Notes under the pieces: generated by a model
What the model saw: the letters and a program-made list of their open reading frames with translations, nothing else
What the model was told of the DNA's origin: nothing
Database searches by the model: none
In this document: in pieces, positions 8,834-18,068 of the stretch
How the letters are laid out: every line of letters begins with the position of its first letter
How positions within the stretch are numbered: the stretch's first letter is position 1
DNA from: a virus
Lineage: Duplodnaviria; Caudoviricetes
IMG/VR virus record: IMGVR_UViG_3300024502_000002
Span: 1-63,641 of that record
Direction: 5' to 3' (one strand)
DNA: 63,641 nt
Position numbers and translations under genes: made by a program

Positions 8834-10009
8834 TTAGTAGCTCGGGCAAACCGTGCCGGTCACAGCGGTGCAACGCTTGACCATCAATGCGTATGCGTAT
8901 TTTCGCTTTACCGTCGGTTTCCAGCCAGCGACCATCCAAGCCCACCAGCGACCGTTGTTCTCAAGCGGGTTGAGAGTTTCGTTCGCGATGTTGCGCCAGA
9001 CGATTTCACCGTTGTAGTTCGGAGCGAGGAACTTGGTGTCCTCACCGACCGTGGAACGGGAAGGCGGAGTCTGACGGATGACGGCCTCGGGGTGCCACAG
9101 GTAGATGACTTCGTAGCCAGCGGTCAGGTAGTCCGGGTTCACGATGCTCTGCGTGCCGATGGTAGCAGAAGCGGTCGTGTAGTAGGGGACTGCGACGTAA
9201 GCGCCGTTCACGAAGTTGTAGCGGGGCATACGATAGTCGATGCAGTGCATGAAACCACCGTAGGGTTTATCCACGCCCCAAGCCTGAAGGAGCTGAGCGC
9301 CTTCGTAGCCCTTGCCCATCTGAGCGAAGCGGAAGTCCTCACGGACCGAGCTAGAACCCTTGATGATCTGGCGGTGAGCCTCGGGGGACATGATGGCCGT
9401 GATGAGCGCAGCACCATTGGACATGGCGTAAGGCTCTTCACCACCACCATCCTGCATGATACGGTCCCAAAGAGGATCAAGCTGATCCTGAGAGGCCATA
9501 TACTCGGCAGGGACGTTCGGGAAAGTCGAGCTTGTCCCTTCGGTCTGCGAGGTGTTGTTGACGATCTTGGTGCCAGCGTAATACTGGAACCAATACTTCG
9601 AGCGGTCCTCCCAAGTATCAACGATGGTGTCGCTGAAGTTGGCGCGGATGTTCTTGACCTGCTCCTCGAAGAGGTAGCCGAACTGGGCATCTGTAAGACA
9701 GATGGTGTCCGATTTGGTCATGTTCTGCTCGATGGTGTAAGCCTCCGTGCTGAGAGCAGGAGAGACAACAGAGGGTTCCGGTGTGCAGTTGTTGTTGCTG
9801 CCGTCCGGTTGGGTAACTTGGACCCAGCCATCACCGCCAGAAGGATTCGAGCGGAGAGTGTTGACGGTTACCGGAGAAAAACCTATACCCAATGGGAAAT
9901 TTTCCTTCTGGATAAGGGCTGCGACGCGGCCTTTGGCACGCATCAAACGACGGACGCGTCCTTCAAGACGGGATGCGTCATAAGCAAAGGCTTGTGAGAG
10001 GTTGGCCAT
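8834..10009 (-). CDS. Major capsid protein
   Basis: 391 aa, strong C-ending codon bias, position after portal and scaffold, followed by a terminator. Confidence 0.8.
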   Translation of the reverse strand: MANLSQAFAYDASRLEGRVRRLMRAKGRVAALIQKENFPLGIGFSPVTVNTLRSNPSGGDGWVQVTQPDGSNNNCTPEPSVVSPALSTEAYTIEQNMTKSDTICLTDAQFGYLFEEQVKNIRANFSDTIVDTWEDRSKYWFQYYAGTKIVNNTSQTEGTSSTFPNVPAEYMASQDQLDPLWDRIMQDGGGEEPYAMSNGAALITAIMSPEAHRQIIKGSSSVREDFRFAQMGKGYEGAQLLQAWGVDKPYGGFMHCIDYRMPRYNFVNGAYVAVPYYTTASATIGTQSIVNPDYLTAGYEVIYLWHPEAVIRQTPPSRSTVGEDTKFLAPNYNGEIVWRNIANETLNPLENNGRWWAWMVAGWKPTVKRKYAYALMVKRCTAVTGTVCPSY

Positions 10010-10029
10010 AAGTATTTTTTCTAGTTTGT

Positions 10030-10226
10030 GTGTTGTTGTTTAACGGAGGAGTTTGGTTTTGGCTCACCAACACGACACAATTCGACGGCAAGAAATGCAG
10101 TCGCCGGACGTGCGGCGAATTTCTTAACCGGCGAGCTACCGATTCACCATTGCTGGTGCTTTAGGCTCAATCTCCTCTTTAGTGTTGAGCACACACTCCC
10201 GAGGAAGGGTTTTTATGCTCTTTGCG
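10030..10226 (-). ncRNA. Structured RNA leader upstream of MCP
   Basis: Several hairpins (CACCA-GCAA-TGGTG, GCTCAA/TTGAGC, AGAAATTCGCCG/CGGCGA..ATTTCT) and a GAGGAG/CTCCTC long-range complement. Confidence 0.5.
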
Positions 10227-10345
10227 TGATAACTATATGGAAGTTAGAATCTTGCAAGGAAAATTTGCATATCGCCTCTAAATGGGCGAAAATAGCAAAG
10301 CCGCAAAGAGCTGGAACTCCGTGCGGCTTCTAACCTCAAACACCC

Positions 10346-11287
10346 ATGTCAATGTCTGAAGCTGATTCTAGTATCGCATCCCAACCTGCTCGACTCAAGT
10401 ATGGATTTGTCCGTGAAGATGGAAAAATCTTTGTAAACTATCGGGCAAAAGGCCCTCCATACTGGGTTAGCCCTCAAAAGTTCGAGGAGTTGAGGCAAAA
10501 GGGCAGAGACAGGCGGAAAAACAGAACCCCCGAACAGAAGAAAATTCTCGCTAAAAAGTGCAAGGAGTGGCGCGCTAAAAATCCAGAAAAGAACGCTGAA
10601 TTGAAAAAGGCATGGAGGGCCGCCAACAGGGGTAAAGAGCTGCTTTATGCCAAGTCATGGCGACAAAACAATCCAGATAAGGTGGCTCAACACGAAAGAA
10701 CCAAATATCTTAGACATAAAGAAAGCATCTTGGCTAAGAACAGGGTTTACCGTCAGAAAAACAAAGATGTCATCTCTGCCCAAAAGAGGGAATATATCGC
10801 TCGGCGCAGAAGGGGCTTTTCTCCATATGCAATACAAATGAGAGTTCGTGCTCGTTTTGCTAACGCCATGAACCGCAAGGGCTGGTCAAAAGACGCACCT
10901 ATGCAGGCAATCGTTGGCTGCTCTTGGGAGGAATTGAAATCTCACTTGGAGTCGAGATTTTTACCCGGCATGACATGGGAGAATCGTTCTGAGTGGCACA
11001 TTGACCATATTATCCCATGCTCCACCGCTTCCACTGAGGAGGAGATGAAGAAGTTATTTCACTTCTCCAACCTCCAACCCCTCTGGAAAGAAGACAACCT
11101 CAAGAAAGGCGCGAAACTACTCAATACCTCCCCTGATGCGCCCGAATCGACTGGAACAGCCCATCGTCGTCATCATCAGATTCCGCTTTCTTCGTCTCCG
11201 CCTGTCGCCCATTTGAGCTTGGTGATGCCGCAGAAAGCGCCTTATTGGCCTTCTTTAGCTCCGCCATCTCTTTCTTCATGGAGTTAA
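10346..11287 (+). CDS. HNH-type endonuclease inserted antisense between scaffold and MCP
   Basis: Basic repeats then WHIDHIIPCS...FHFSNLQPLWKEDNLKKG. Confidence 0.8.
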   Translation: MSMSEADSSIASQPARLKYGFVREDGKIFVNYRAKGPPYWVSPQKFEELRQKGRDRRKNRTPEQKKILAKKCKEWRAKNPEKNAELKKAWRAANRGKELLYAKSWRQNNPDKVAQHERTKYLRHKESILAKNRVYRQKNKDVISAQKREYIARRRRGFSPYAIQMRVRARFANAMNRKGWSKDAPMQAIVGCSWEELKSHLESRFLPGMTWENRSEWHIDHIIPCSTASTEEEMKKLFHFSNLQPLWKEDNLKKGAKLLNTSPDAPESTGTAHRRHHQIPLSSSPPVAHLSLVMPQKAPYWPSLAPPSLSSWS

Positions 11288-12344
11288 GCTGCTCGATGAG
11301 AACAGCCGCCAAATGCGGTGCCTGAGCCTGTAAGGCGCGATCTTCCGGCGTGTCGGCGATCTTGGCCTCCTTCAGCGCCCCCATAAGCTCGTCACGCTGC
11401 TCTTTGGGCAGGTTTTTGAGCAACGGAGCCATCTGCGACTCGATCATCTTGGTGGAGCTTTCCAGCGCGTCATTCCATGCCTTTTGCTCCTCAAGAGTCT
11501 GCTTCGTCACCTTCTGTTTGTGCTCATGCTCGTAGGCGGCACGATGTTTTCCGGCATCCTCTTCAAGTTCCGCTTCGCGCTTCCACAGCTTGTGAAGCTC
11601 GCCAGCCTTGTCGAGAATGGTCTTGGCAATGGCGGAAGGCACGGTTTCATCGGAGTTTTCGAGCACCTTCTCAATGGCGAGGTTGCGCTTCCATTCCGTT
11701 GTCTCCATGAAAGCCTTTGCCAGCCCATCCTTGTCGATCTTGAACTCCGTAACCATCTCGCTGATGTCGGAGTCAATAGACTGCATCGGAGCGGCGATTT
11801 CCTTCTGGTAGGTTTCAGACAGCTTAAAATCCGTGATGTCGCGGAAACGGCGAAGCTCCTCAAGCTCCTTTGTCACCTCGTCATCAAAGACAGGCTTCTT
11901 CTTGAACTCCTCATACTCGGCTTTGAGCTTCTCGTATTCGGGCTTCAACTTATCGAACTCCGCCTTGGTTTGCTTCAAGCCCTTCCAAGTGGCCTTTTCC
12001 TTGTCGGTCGGAACACGGTCCTTGTAGGTCGGGATGTCCTCCTCGTCACCATCTTGCTTAACTTCCTCGGTAGGTTCTTCCTCGACAGGCTCATCCTCCA
12101 CCTTCAGCTTGTCCTTGAGAGACTTGGGCTGCTCTTTTGCGCCCTCCTCTTTCTCAATGGGCTTCTGCTCTTGCTTGGGAGCCTTTTCGGCAGGCTTGGG
12201 CTTAACCGAATCCATCACGGGATCGGGTTGCTTTTTCGCCTCCGGTGCCTGCTGAATGGCGGAACGAAGGGCGCTGAAATCATCGTCTCCTCCAACGTCG
12301 ATTGAAGGTTGAACGTCTCCTTGGGGTGCTGCTGCGGGGTCCAT
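11121..12344 (-). CDS. Putative capsid scaffolding protein
   Basis: E/K-rich coiled coil with acidic N-terminus, between portal and MCP. Confidence 0.7.
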   Translation of the reverse strand: MDPAAAPQGDVQPSIDVGGDDDFSALRSAIQQAPEAKKQPDPVMDSVKPKPAEKAPKQEQKPIEKEEGAKEQPKSLKDKLKVEDEPVEEEPTEEVKQDGDEEDIPTYKDRVPTDKEKATWKGLKQTKAEFDKLKPEYEKLKAEYEEFKKKPVFDDEVTKELEELRRFRDITDFKLSETYQKEIAAPMQSIDSDISEMVTEFKIDKDGLAKAFMETTEWKRNLAIEKVLENSDETVPSAIAKTILDKAGELHKLWKREAELEEDAGKHRAAYEHEHKQKVTKQTLEEQKAWNDALESSTKMIESQMAPLLKNLPKEQRDELMGALKEAKIADTPEDRALQAQAPHLAAVLIEQLNSMKKEMAELKKANKALSAASPSSNGRQAETKKAESDDDDDGLFQSIRAHQGRY

Positions 12345-12353
12345 AGTGGGTGT

Positions 12354-12707
12354 TTATTTCAGGTTGTCTCGGATTTCTTTGGGGAGGTTTTCCAGCCGAA
12401 GCTCGGGCGGAAGATTGTGCTCAAATGGCTTTTCTTCAGCCTGCTCATCGGGGGCGGCATTCAGGGGGAACGTCATCGCAATCAAGGCACTCAAAACCTC
12501 GTTGATGCCCACCTTCTTGTAGTAGTCATGGGCGATGATCGTGTCTGGATGCACGCCAGCGTAAATCTCCGGCATAGACTTCGGAATCCCGGCTTCACGA
12601 ATAGCGTCAAGGGCGCTTTTCATCACCGGATGATTGAGAAGCTCCTGAAGTTGCGCCCGGTTGGTGGCTACCTTCCGAAACGCGAGGGTTTTGGTATTGT
12701 TAATCAT
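12354..12707 (-). CDS. Hypothetical protein (head module)
   Basis: Likely start MINNTK. Confidence 0.6.
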   Translation of the reverse strand: MINNTKTLAFRKVATNRAQLQELLNHPVMKSALDAIREAGIPKSMPEIYAGVHPDTIIAHDYYKKVGINEVLSALIAMTFPLNAAPDEQAEEKPFEHNLPPELRLENLPKEIRDNLK

Positions 12708-13023
12708 GTGGTTTATGTGGTCCTGAGACGCAAACGAAGCGTGCGACATGGAAAGCACCCGGCTCTTTTTCGATAAAGAACGTCGGGTTTTTCGTGTGAC
12801 CGTCCATGAGACAGTCAAAATGAAAATCAGTCAGAGTGTCCGAAACGGACTTCCAGAACTTCGCTCCAAAACAGATGTCGGCGGTGCAAATGGGCCGCGA
12901 TTCAGTTCTAGCGCCTTCTCCCCATTTGGCGTGCGGAGAATCAATCGGAAATGCGCTCATCTGCGCCATCAAGGAAAGGGCGTCCAAGATGGAATCGGGG
13001 TGTAGTTGGTATTCGTGGATCAT
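12700..13023 (-). CDS. Hypothetical protein
   Basis: Starts 1 nt after the portal stop. Confidence 0.55.
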   Translation of the reverse strand: MIHEYQLHPDSILDALSLMAQMSAFPIDSPHAKWGEGARTESRPICTADICFGAKFWKSVSDTLTDFHFDCLMDGHTKNPTFFIEKEPGAFHVARFVCVSGPHKPHD

Positions 13024-13024
13024 A

Positions 13025-15292
13025 TCACTGTTTTCTTTGCATCTGATTGGCCTGCATCCGCAATTTCAGAGCATTCTGAGCGGTCTGCTGGGCGAACTTG
13101 GCGTCATTCTGAGCAAGCTGTTGAGCATTCTTTTTGGCGGCAAAATCCAGTTCAAGAGCCTTCTTTTGCACATCAAGAGTGGCGAGTCGTGCCGCCGCAT
13201 CCACGGCCTGACGGTCGGTGGAGAGCATCGGGGCTTCACCCTCCTGTCCAGCTGCCTCTGCCGCTTTACGCTGCTCGGCTTCGAGATGTTTCGCACCGTT
13301 GATGACTGTTTCTCCAAGCTGTTGAAGAGCTTCTTTGTAGATTGGGAAGAGGGGATTGTTTTGCGACACAAACTGCATGTGCTCACCGGCATGAGTCCAT
13401 ATCATTTGCATTTGTGGAATAGAATCCTCAAGCTCAACCTGAAGTTGCTTAATCTGTTCGTTAATCTGCTCAAGAAGATTTAAATGTGCCCCAACATGGA
13501 TGACGTGGTTCTGGTTCGGCTCAATGACGGCTGGCTGACCAAGGCCCATCAGGGCGTTCTCCATGTTCGCAATCTGGAGGTCCATCGGAGGACGCTGACC
13601 GGGCTGCTTCGGAACAAGCATGTTCGCGTAGGCGACATCTGTGTAGGAGGCAAGATAGGTGCGAAGGGCGAGTTGCTGACCATCGGTGTCCAGACGGTCC
13701 ATGACGCTCATTACGGCACCAGCGGCGGTCCTGCGCTCCTGAACACTGCCCTTCCCAAGCCCCTGATTGATTTCGATACCGTCGATGTCCACGGCGTAAA
13801 TCGCTTCCATCGGGACTCCGCGATTCTTGCAGCGTTTGCGGAACTGAAGCACTTCCTTCCAGCCCCCGTGTCCAGCCGGGTAATCCTTGTTGCAGGCGCG
13901 GCGAACAATCTCCTTGAAGTCGTTCTTCCAGCTATCGAAGAAAAGGTCAATACCACCCGTAGCGAGGCGACCCTGAACGGCATTCGCACTCTGGATTTCC
14001 TCGGCGGTCTTAGGCGTCTTGCCGTCCTGACTCATTCCCACACGGAACGAACTGGTCCGCATGTTGAAGATGTTGGTCAGCGAGCCAATGGCTGGAATCA
14101 GGCTTTGCTGAAACGGAACATGTGGCATTTCAAGGAAAGTTGTTCCCTGAGTCACCACATTGTAAGGCCCACGAGGCTGAATCATCTGGTCGATCACCGC
14201 ATCTTCAGACGAAGATTGCAGGGTTGGTGTCGATGCAACAATCGTCTGATCCATGAACTTACAAGTCAGAAGATTCAGCATCACCGAGCCGTTGTGGCCG
14301 TTCCACGCATTGCCGCGAAGGGCGTAGAAGTCACCATTGCTGCCCACGCCGTAGGTGTAGGCCGTGATGAGTTCGCTCATGTGGTTGTAAACGCCCTCAC
14401 AACGATAAAGCCAGTCGCCCTGACCGTCATAACGCCCAATGACATGAGTAATGGTGCCGTCCACTTCAGCCACCCATCCGTGGATTAGCTGGACCGTCGT
14501 GGCGGAAAGACCGCTGAAATAGTCCTGATCCTTGTAGGTTTCCTGCGTTTCCTGCGGATTCGAGGTGTCAGGCGAACGCTGCTGGGCGGTCTTGATTGCC
14601 TCAAGCACGGCATCGGGATTCCAGCCAGCCTTGATAGCTGCATCCCGGTTCTCAATCTTGCGATAAAGCTCGGACGGAAGCATGTCCACCTTGCAAACAA
14701 CGAGGTCCACATCGTTGATGGTCGCCCGAGTGCGGCGAGGGAGTTTCAGGTATTGCAGGTCGTAAACCTTCCAGCGCCAGTCGTATTTGTCCTCACGGAA
14801 CGTAAACGACACACCGAACATGGTGAATTGGTGGACGCAAAGCTGAATGTTGAAGTTGAAGTCACTCCAATTCTTGACCATTCGGGAGATTTCCTCCGAG
14901 ATGATCTGCCCCCATTCGAGGCGCTGTTGCTCGTCCCCGTAGGTGGTCGGAACGCTACCAAACTGGTCAATCGCGTGGAAAAGCTGGATGTAAGGCTCCT
15001 CAACCTCCTTTTGGCTCTGAGTCAGGTAGCCAAAGTTGACGTTGGTGCGACCCGCCATTCCGTGAATGCGGTCCCGGTTGTCGGAAAAAGGCGGATTTCC
15101 GTCCACCTCGGACTGAACGAGCGCCCTTGCTCGCATGGCTTGGAAATCAGCGATAAACAGGCCGTTCCAGACGCTTTGGAGTGCAGACGGGTTCTTAACT
15201 CGATTCCGAAGGATGATTTCGCCGTCCTCTGCATCAACGATGGGCGGAAGAGTCGATGGATTGTTCGGCTGATTAGAAAGCTGCAAGGACAT
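13025..15292 (-). CDS. Portal protein
   Basis: About 755 aa; KTAEEI motif, QNHVIHVGAH motif and Q-rich coiled C-terminal tail as in podovirus portals; heads the capsid module. Confidence 0.78.
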   Translation of the reverse strand: MSLQLSNQPNNPSTLPPIVDAEDGEIILRNRVKNPSALQSVWNGLFIADFQAMRARALVQSEVDGNPPFSDNRDRIHGMAGRTNVNFGYLTQSQKEVEEPYIQLFHAIDQFGSVPTTYGDEQQRLEWGQIISEEISRMVKNWSDFNFNIQLCVHQFTMFGVSFTFREDKYDWRWKVYDLQYLKLPRRTRATINDVDLVVCKVDMLPSELYRKIENRDAAIKAGWNPDAVLEAIKTAQQRSPDTSNPQETQETYKDQDYFSGLSATTVQLIHGWVAEVDGTITHVIGRYDGQGDWLYRCEGVYNHMSELITAYTYGVGSNGDFYALRGNAWNGHNGSVMLNLLTCKFMDQTIVASTPTLQSSSEDAVIDQMIQPRGPYNVVTQGTTFLEMPHVPFQQSLIPAIGSLTNIFNMRTSSFRVGMSQDGKTPKTAEEIQSANAVQGRLATGGIDLFFDSWKNDFKEIVRRACNKDYPAGHGGWKEVLQFRKRCKNRGVPMEAIYAVDIDGIEINQGLGKGSVQERRTAAGAVMSVMDRLDTDGQQLALRTYLASYTDVAYANMLVPKQPGQRPPMDLQIANMENALMGLGQPAVIEPNQNHVIHVGAHLNLLEQINEQIKQLQVELEDSIPQMQMIWTHAGEHMQFVSQNNPLFPIYKEALQQLGETVINGAKHLEAEQRKAAEAAGQEGEAPMLSTDRQAVDAAARLATLDVQKKALELDFAAKKNAQQLAQNDAKFAQQTAQNALKLRMQANQMQRKQ

Positions 15293-15349
15293 TCGGCAGA
15301 GTATTCCCAAAGTTGGGCATCACAAGCCGATTATTTCGTTGACTAACTC

Positions 15350-15682
15350 ATGGCGTCAAGCACTCTTTTCACGGAAATGGCAGAAAAACCCTCAAGCAGG
15401 CAGCGAAAATGGCAACTCAAACAGCGAGATGCGGGACTGTGCTCAATCTGCCCAAATCCCATCGAGAAGTGGGGATTATGCCAGACTCATGCTGAGATTG
15501 CCACAGAGCGAAGGCGTAGATCAAAAGGAGTTTCGCGTCCTTACCTGCCAAAATGGGTATGGCAGGCTGTCGATTGGAGCATGGGACACAAAAAAATTGC
15601 CTCCATGATGGGCGTCACGGAGGCAACTGTCAGGTATCACTGGAAGAAGACTACTGTTTCTCCACCCAAGCCTCAATCTTAG
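15350..15682 (+). CDS. Zn-finger plus HTH protein, putative regulator
   Basis: CSIC...LCQTH and KKIASMMGVTEATVRYH; divergent from portal; start may be 15377. Confidence 0.65.
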   Translation: MASSTLFTEMAEKPSSRQRKWQLKQRDAGLCSICPNPIEKWGLCQTHAEIATERRRRSKGVSRPYLPKWVWQAVDWSMGHKKIASMMGVTEATVRYHWKKTTVSPPKPQS

Positions 15683-15959
15683 CAAGATATTTGTCGCCGA
15701 TGTTGTAAAGGCCGTTGGCAAGCAGTGATAGAACAGCCTCAGAGATACCAATCTCTGCCGCAAGCTGGTAGTTTTTCATACGACGATCTTTGCCAGACTG
15801 CCGGATGAGCTTGCCAAGCTGAATTACCGTGGCCTTCATCGCCTTGTTGTGATCGCGGAAAGTCTTCCTTGCTTTGGCCTCAAGCTCCGCCACCTCACGG
15901 TCACGGGTTTTTATTTTGGTTTTGAGTTCGCGGAGGTGTATTTTGAGTTCTCGGTTCAT
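15651..15959 (-). CDS. XRE-like HTH protein
   Basis: NYQLAAEIGISEAVLSLLANG. Confidence 0.75.
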   Translation of the reverse strand: MNRELKIHLRELKTKIKTRDREVAELEAKARKTFRDHNKAMKATVIQLGKLIRQSGKDRRMKNYQLAAEIGISEAVLSLLANGLYNIGDKYLAKIEAWVEKQ

Positions 15960-16090
15960 ATAGGTGGGAAACTATGCCTCGTTTATTCAACAACTGGCTC
16001 CGACGAGGCTCGCGGAAGTTGCGTGTCTGATTCTTTTTGCTAGGTCCATCATCACGCACGAGGCGTCCATAGGTCCATCGTCAAAATTAC

Positions 16091-16333
16091 TTAACAACCC
16101 CAACGCTTGCGGGCTGCTTTGCCGCGCTCACCAGTCCATGAAGCAGAGCGGGCACAGAAACTGGCCTTTCGAGCTTTGTCGGCCTCAGTTTTAGGGTGTG
16201 GAGCTGGGGCTTTAAGATTACTGCCAGTAGCAGCGTTATACTTTGCGCGGCCCTTAGCGGTCAAACCCGCGCCCTTCGACACAGGAAGTTTCTCGCCTCG
16301 ACCGACTGATAGTGATGGGGATTTCTTTGCCAT
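16091..16333 (-). CDS. Small basic conserved phage protein (DUF6321-like)
   Basis: GLTAKGRAKYN...NLKAP...RKASFCAR...RKRWGC motif. Confidence 0.75.
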   Translation of the reverse strand: MAKKSPSLSVGRGEKLPVSKGAGLTAKGRAKYNAATGSNLKAPAPHPKTEADKARKASFCARSASWTGERGKAARKRWGC

Positions 16334-16363
16334 GAGTAAATGTGCTTTCTATTCCCGTAAACT

Positions 16364-16771
16364 TCAAGCGGAAAGACGCTGTTTCAACTGGTATTGGCGC
16401 ATCTCACTTTGATCGCAGATTCCTTGAAGCAAGTTCTGCGTGCCCTGCGAAGCCTTCTTCACCGCCTCATCAATCATGCCACAAAGGTCTTTTTCCCCTT
16501 TAAGAATGGCGCGGAAGAAAGGCTCGGGCTTTGTCTCGTCAGGCAGGATGTCGGACATCTTGGACGCCGCGATGTTGATCTTGGCGAGGCTCAACTTCTC
16601 AGTCCCAAGGCCAATCACACGCTCCACGGCGCTGTCGTAGGCCGCTTCATAATCCGGGTAAAGTTTGCCAAGGAACTTATGGTCCTCGAAAAAAGTCGGT
16701 CCTTTGATGACGTTGTGCGCCCGATGAGCAAGGAATTGAAGGGCGCGAAGCTGGGTGATGAGTGAGTCCAT
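16364..16771 (-). CDS. Ferritin/Dps-like four-helix protein
   Basis: AHRAHNVIKGPTFFEDHKFLGKLY...D..VER, Dps-like pattern. Confidence 0.78.
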   Translation of the reverse strand: MDSLITQLRALQFLAHRAHNVIKGPTFFEDHKFLGKLYPDYEAAYDSAVERVIGLGTEKLSLAKINIAASKMSDILPDETKPEPFFRAILKGEKDLCGMIDEAVKKASQGTQNLLQGICDQSEMRQYQLKQRLSA

Positions 16772-16950
16772 GAGGGAGGATACTCAAGTTTGCCGGATCG
16801 CAACTCGTTCATTCACGGGCCGTGGTTCCTTTTCAGGCAGCATCGACAGTCCAGTCATCAGCCGAAAACGATTGCCGGGGTGAATCTGCTGGAAACTACG
16901 ACGCTCCTCGCGGCGTTCCGACTCGGATTTAGGGGTGGCAAGTTGGTGGT

Positions 16951-17169
16951 TCATTTCTTCTTCGGTTTAACCCCTCGCTTCACCAGACCGCATTTCCCGC
17001 ACGACTTCTTTTCGCCACGGGTGAGGTGTTGGTAGTAAGCCTCGGTTTCCTTGCCGCAGTCGCAGCGACAAAGCCATTTGGAGTTTGAGTGTTCATTGCG
17101 TTCAAGGAAGCTGACTACTTTCAGACGGCCAAAGCGACGGTTTACGAGGTTTTTGGGAGGGTATGCCAT
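16951..17169 (-). CDS. Stand-alone N-terminal domain of AP2/HNH-associated endonucleases
   Basis: RRFGRLKVV...WLCRCDCG...KSCG; no nuclease domain. Confidence 0.75.
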   Translation of the reverse strand: MAYPPKNLVNRRFGRLKVVSFLERNEHSNSKWLCRCDCGKETEAYYQHLTRGEKKSCGKCGLVKRGVKPKKK

Positions 17170-17207
17170 TTAGGCGATACTTACGGTAATTTGAGGGGAT
17201 GGCAAGA

Positions 17208-17261
17208 AGAGAACCGTGTCGCTACTCCGAACGCTGCGCGTCGGAGAGCTGGGTGTTATGC
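17208..17261 (+). mobile_element. attC-like site 1
   Basis: AGAGAAC-CGTGTC-GCT(A)CTCCGA(A)CGC-TGC-GCG TCGGAG AGC-TGGGT-GTTATGC: R'' and R' cores, imperfect inverted repeat with two bulged bases. Confidence 0.75.
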
Positions 17262-17965
17262 AGAACGGAAAGAACAGCCCGCCCAAGGTATTCGGTGTAA
17301 GCGGGCGGGATGCACTCTTTCAGCCCCTCGCATGTCATCCAGTCGATGCCGTAGGCGAGCGGGGCGTTTTTCACGCTCTTCGGTTTCATCCCGAGGGCGA
17401 AGCGTTTGGCGCGGCTCGCCTTGCTGGCGGTCGTCACCAGAAGCGGGATTTGCGAGTGGTCGCAGGCGCACGGTGCCGCAATCGGAAAGCTCGTCTCGAA
17501 ATAGCGGTGCCTTTGCGTCCGCAGCCCGAACATCGAGCCGCAGAGCATCACAGGGTTTTCCAGTTCGTGCCGCGCCCCAGCTACGTTCTCGATGATGTAG
17601 GGCTTGCCCAGTTCGCGGAGCATCGCCCGCAGTTGCGGAATCAGCTTCGGATAGTTGGCGCGGTGAGCTTCCGGCGTCAGGTGAGAGTAGCCCTGGCACG
17701 GTGGCGAGGCGTGGATTGCGTCGTATTCGTGGCCATGATCGCGCAGGTATTCTAGGGCATCGGCCAGTATGAAGCGGTGTGGGTTGCGCGGTTGCGGTTC
17801 GATGTCCACGCCTGTTATATCGAAGCCCGCCCGAGCGTATCCGGCCCCCGCGCCGCCTTCGCAGCAGAAAAGGTCGAGCAAACGGAAAGACGGAGCATAA
17901 CAAGTCGCCAGAGGCAACGAGCCGCAGCCGTCCGTTTTCGATGGGTTCTCAGCGAGATTTATCAT
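17222..17965 (-). CDS. C5 cytosine DNA methyltransferase (cassette A)
   Basis: LDLFCCEGGAG (motif I), HASPPCQ (catalytic PC), IENV, RHRYF. Confidence 0.9.
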   Translation of the reverse strand: MINLAENPSKTDGCGSLPLATCYAPSFRLLDLFCCEGGAGAGYARAGFDITGVDIEPQPRNPHRFILADALEYLRDHGHEYDAIHASPPCQGYSHLTPEAHRANYPKLIPQLRAMLRELGKPYIIENVAGARHELENPVMLCGSMFGLRTQRHRYFETSFPIAAPCACDHSQIPLLVTTASKASRAKRFALGMKPKSVKNAPLAYGIDWMTCEGLKECIPPAYTEYLGRAVLSVLHNTQLSDAQRSE

Positions 17966-18009
17966 GGTTAGTATTCTGTGCGGCTCGCGCCTCAGCTTGG
18001 GTGTTCAGG
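17895..18009 (+). mobile_element. attC site 2
   Basis: GCATAAC-AAGTC-GCC(A)GAGGC..CGAGCCGCA / TGCGGCTCG.GCCTC AGC-TTGGGT-GTTCAGG; canonical 5/6-nt spacers; MTase ATG in the loop. Confidence 0.88.
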
Positions 18010-18068
18010 GCACTCACGAAAGTCTTTCGGCCTGCGTGAGTGCCCGTCACAGTGCGTTCACAGTGCGT

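Noticed and set aside
9092-14488. Long + strand ORFs antisense to MCP, scaffold and portal (9092..9997, 11484..12305, 13484..14488)
   Set aside because: Shadow ORFs produced by codon bias of the sense genes; no motifs
16780-17207. Third cassette belonging to attC1
   Set aside because: No GTTCTCT complement to its R'' core was seen nearby, so a left boundary cannot be supported
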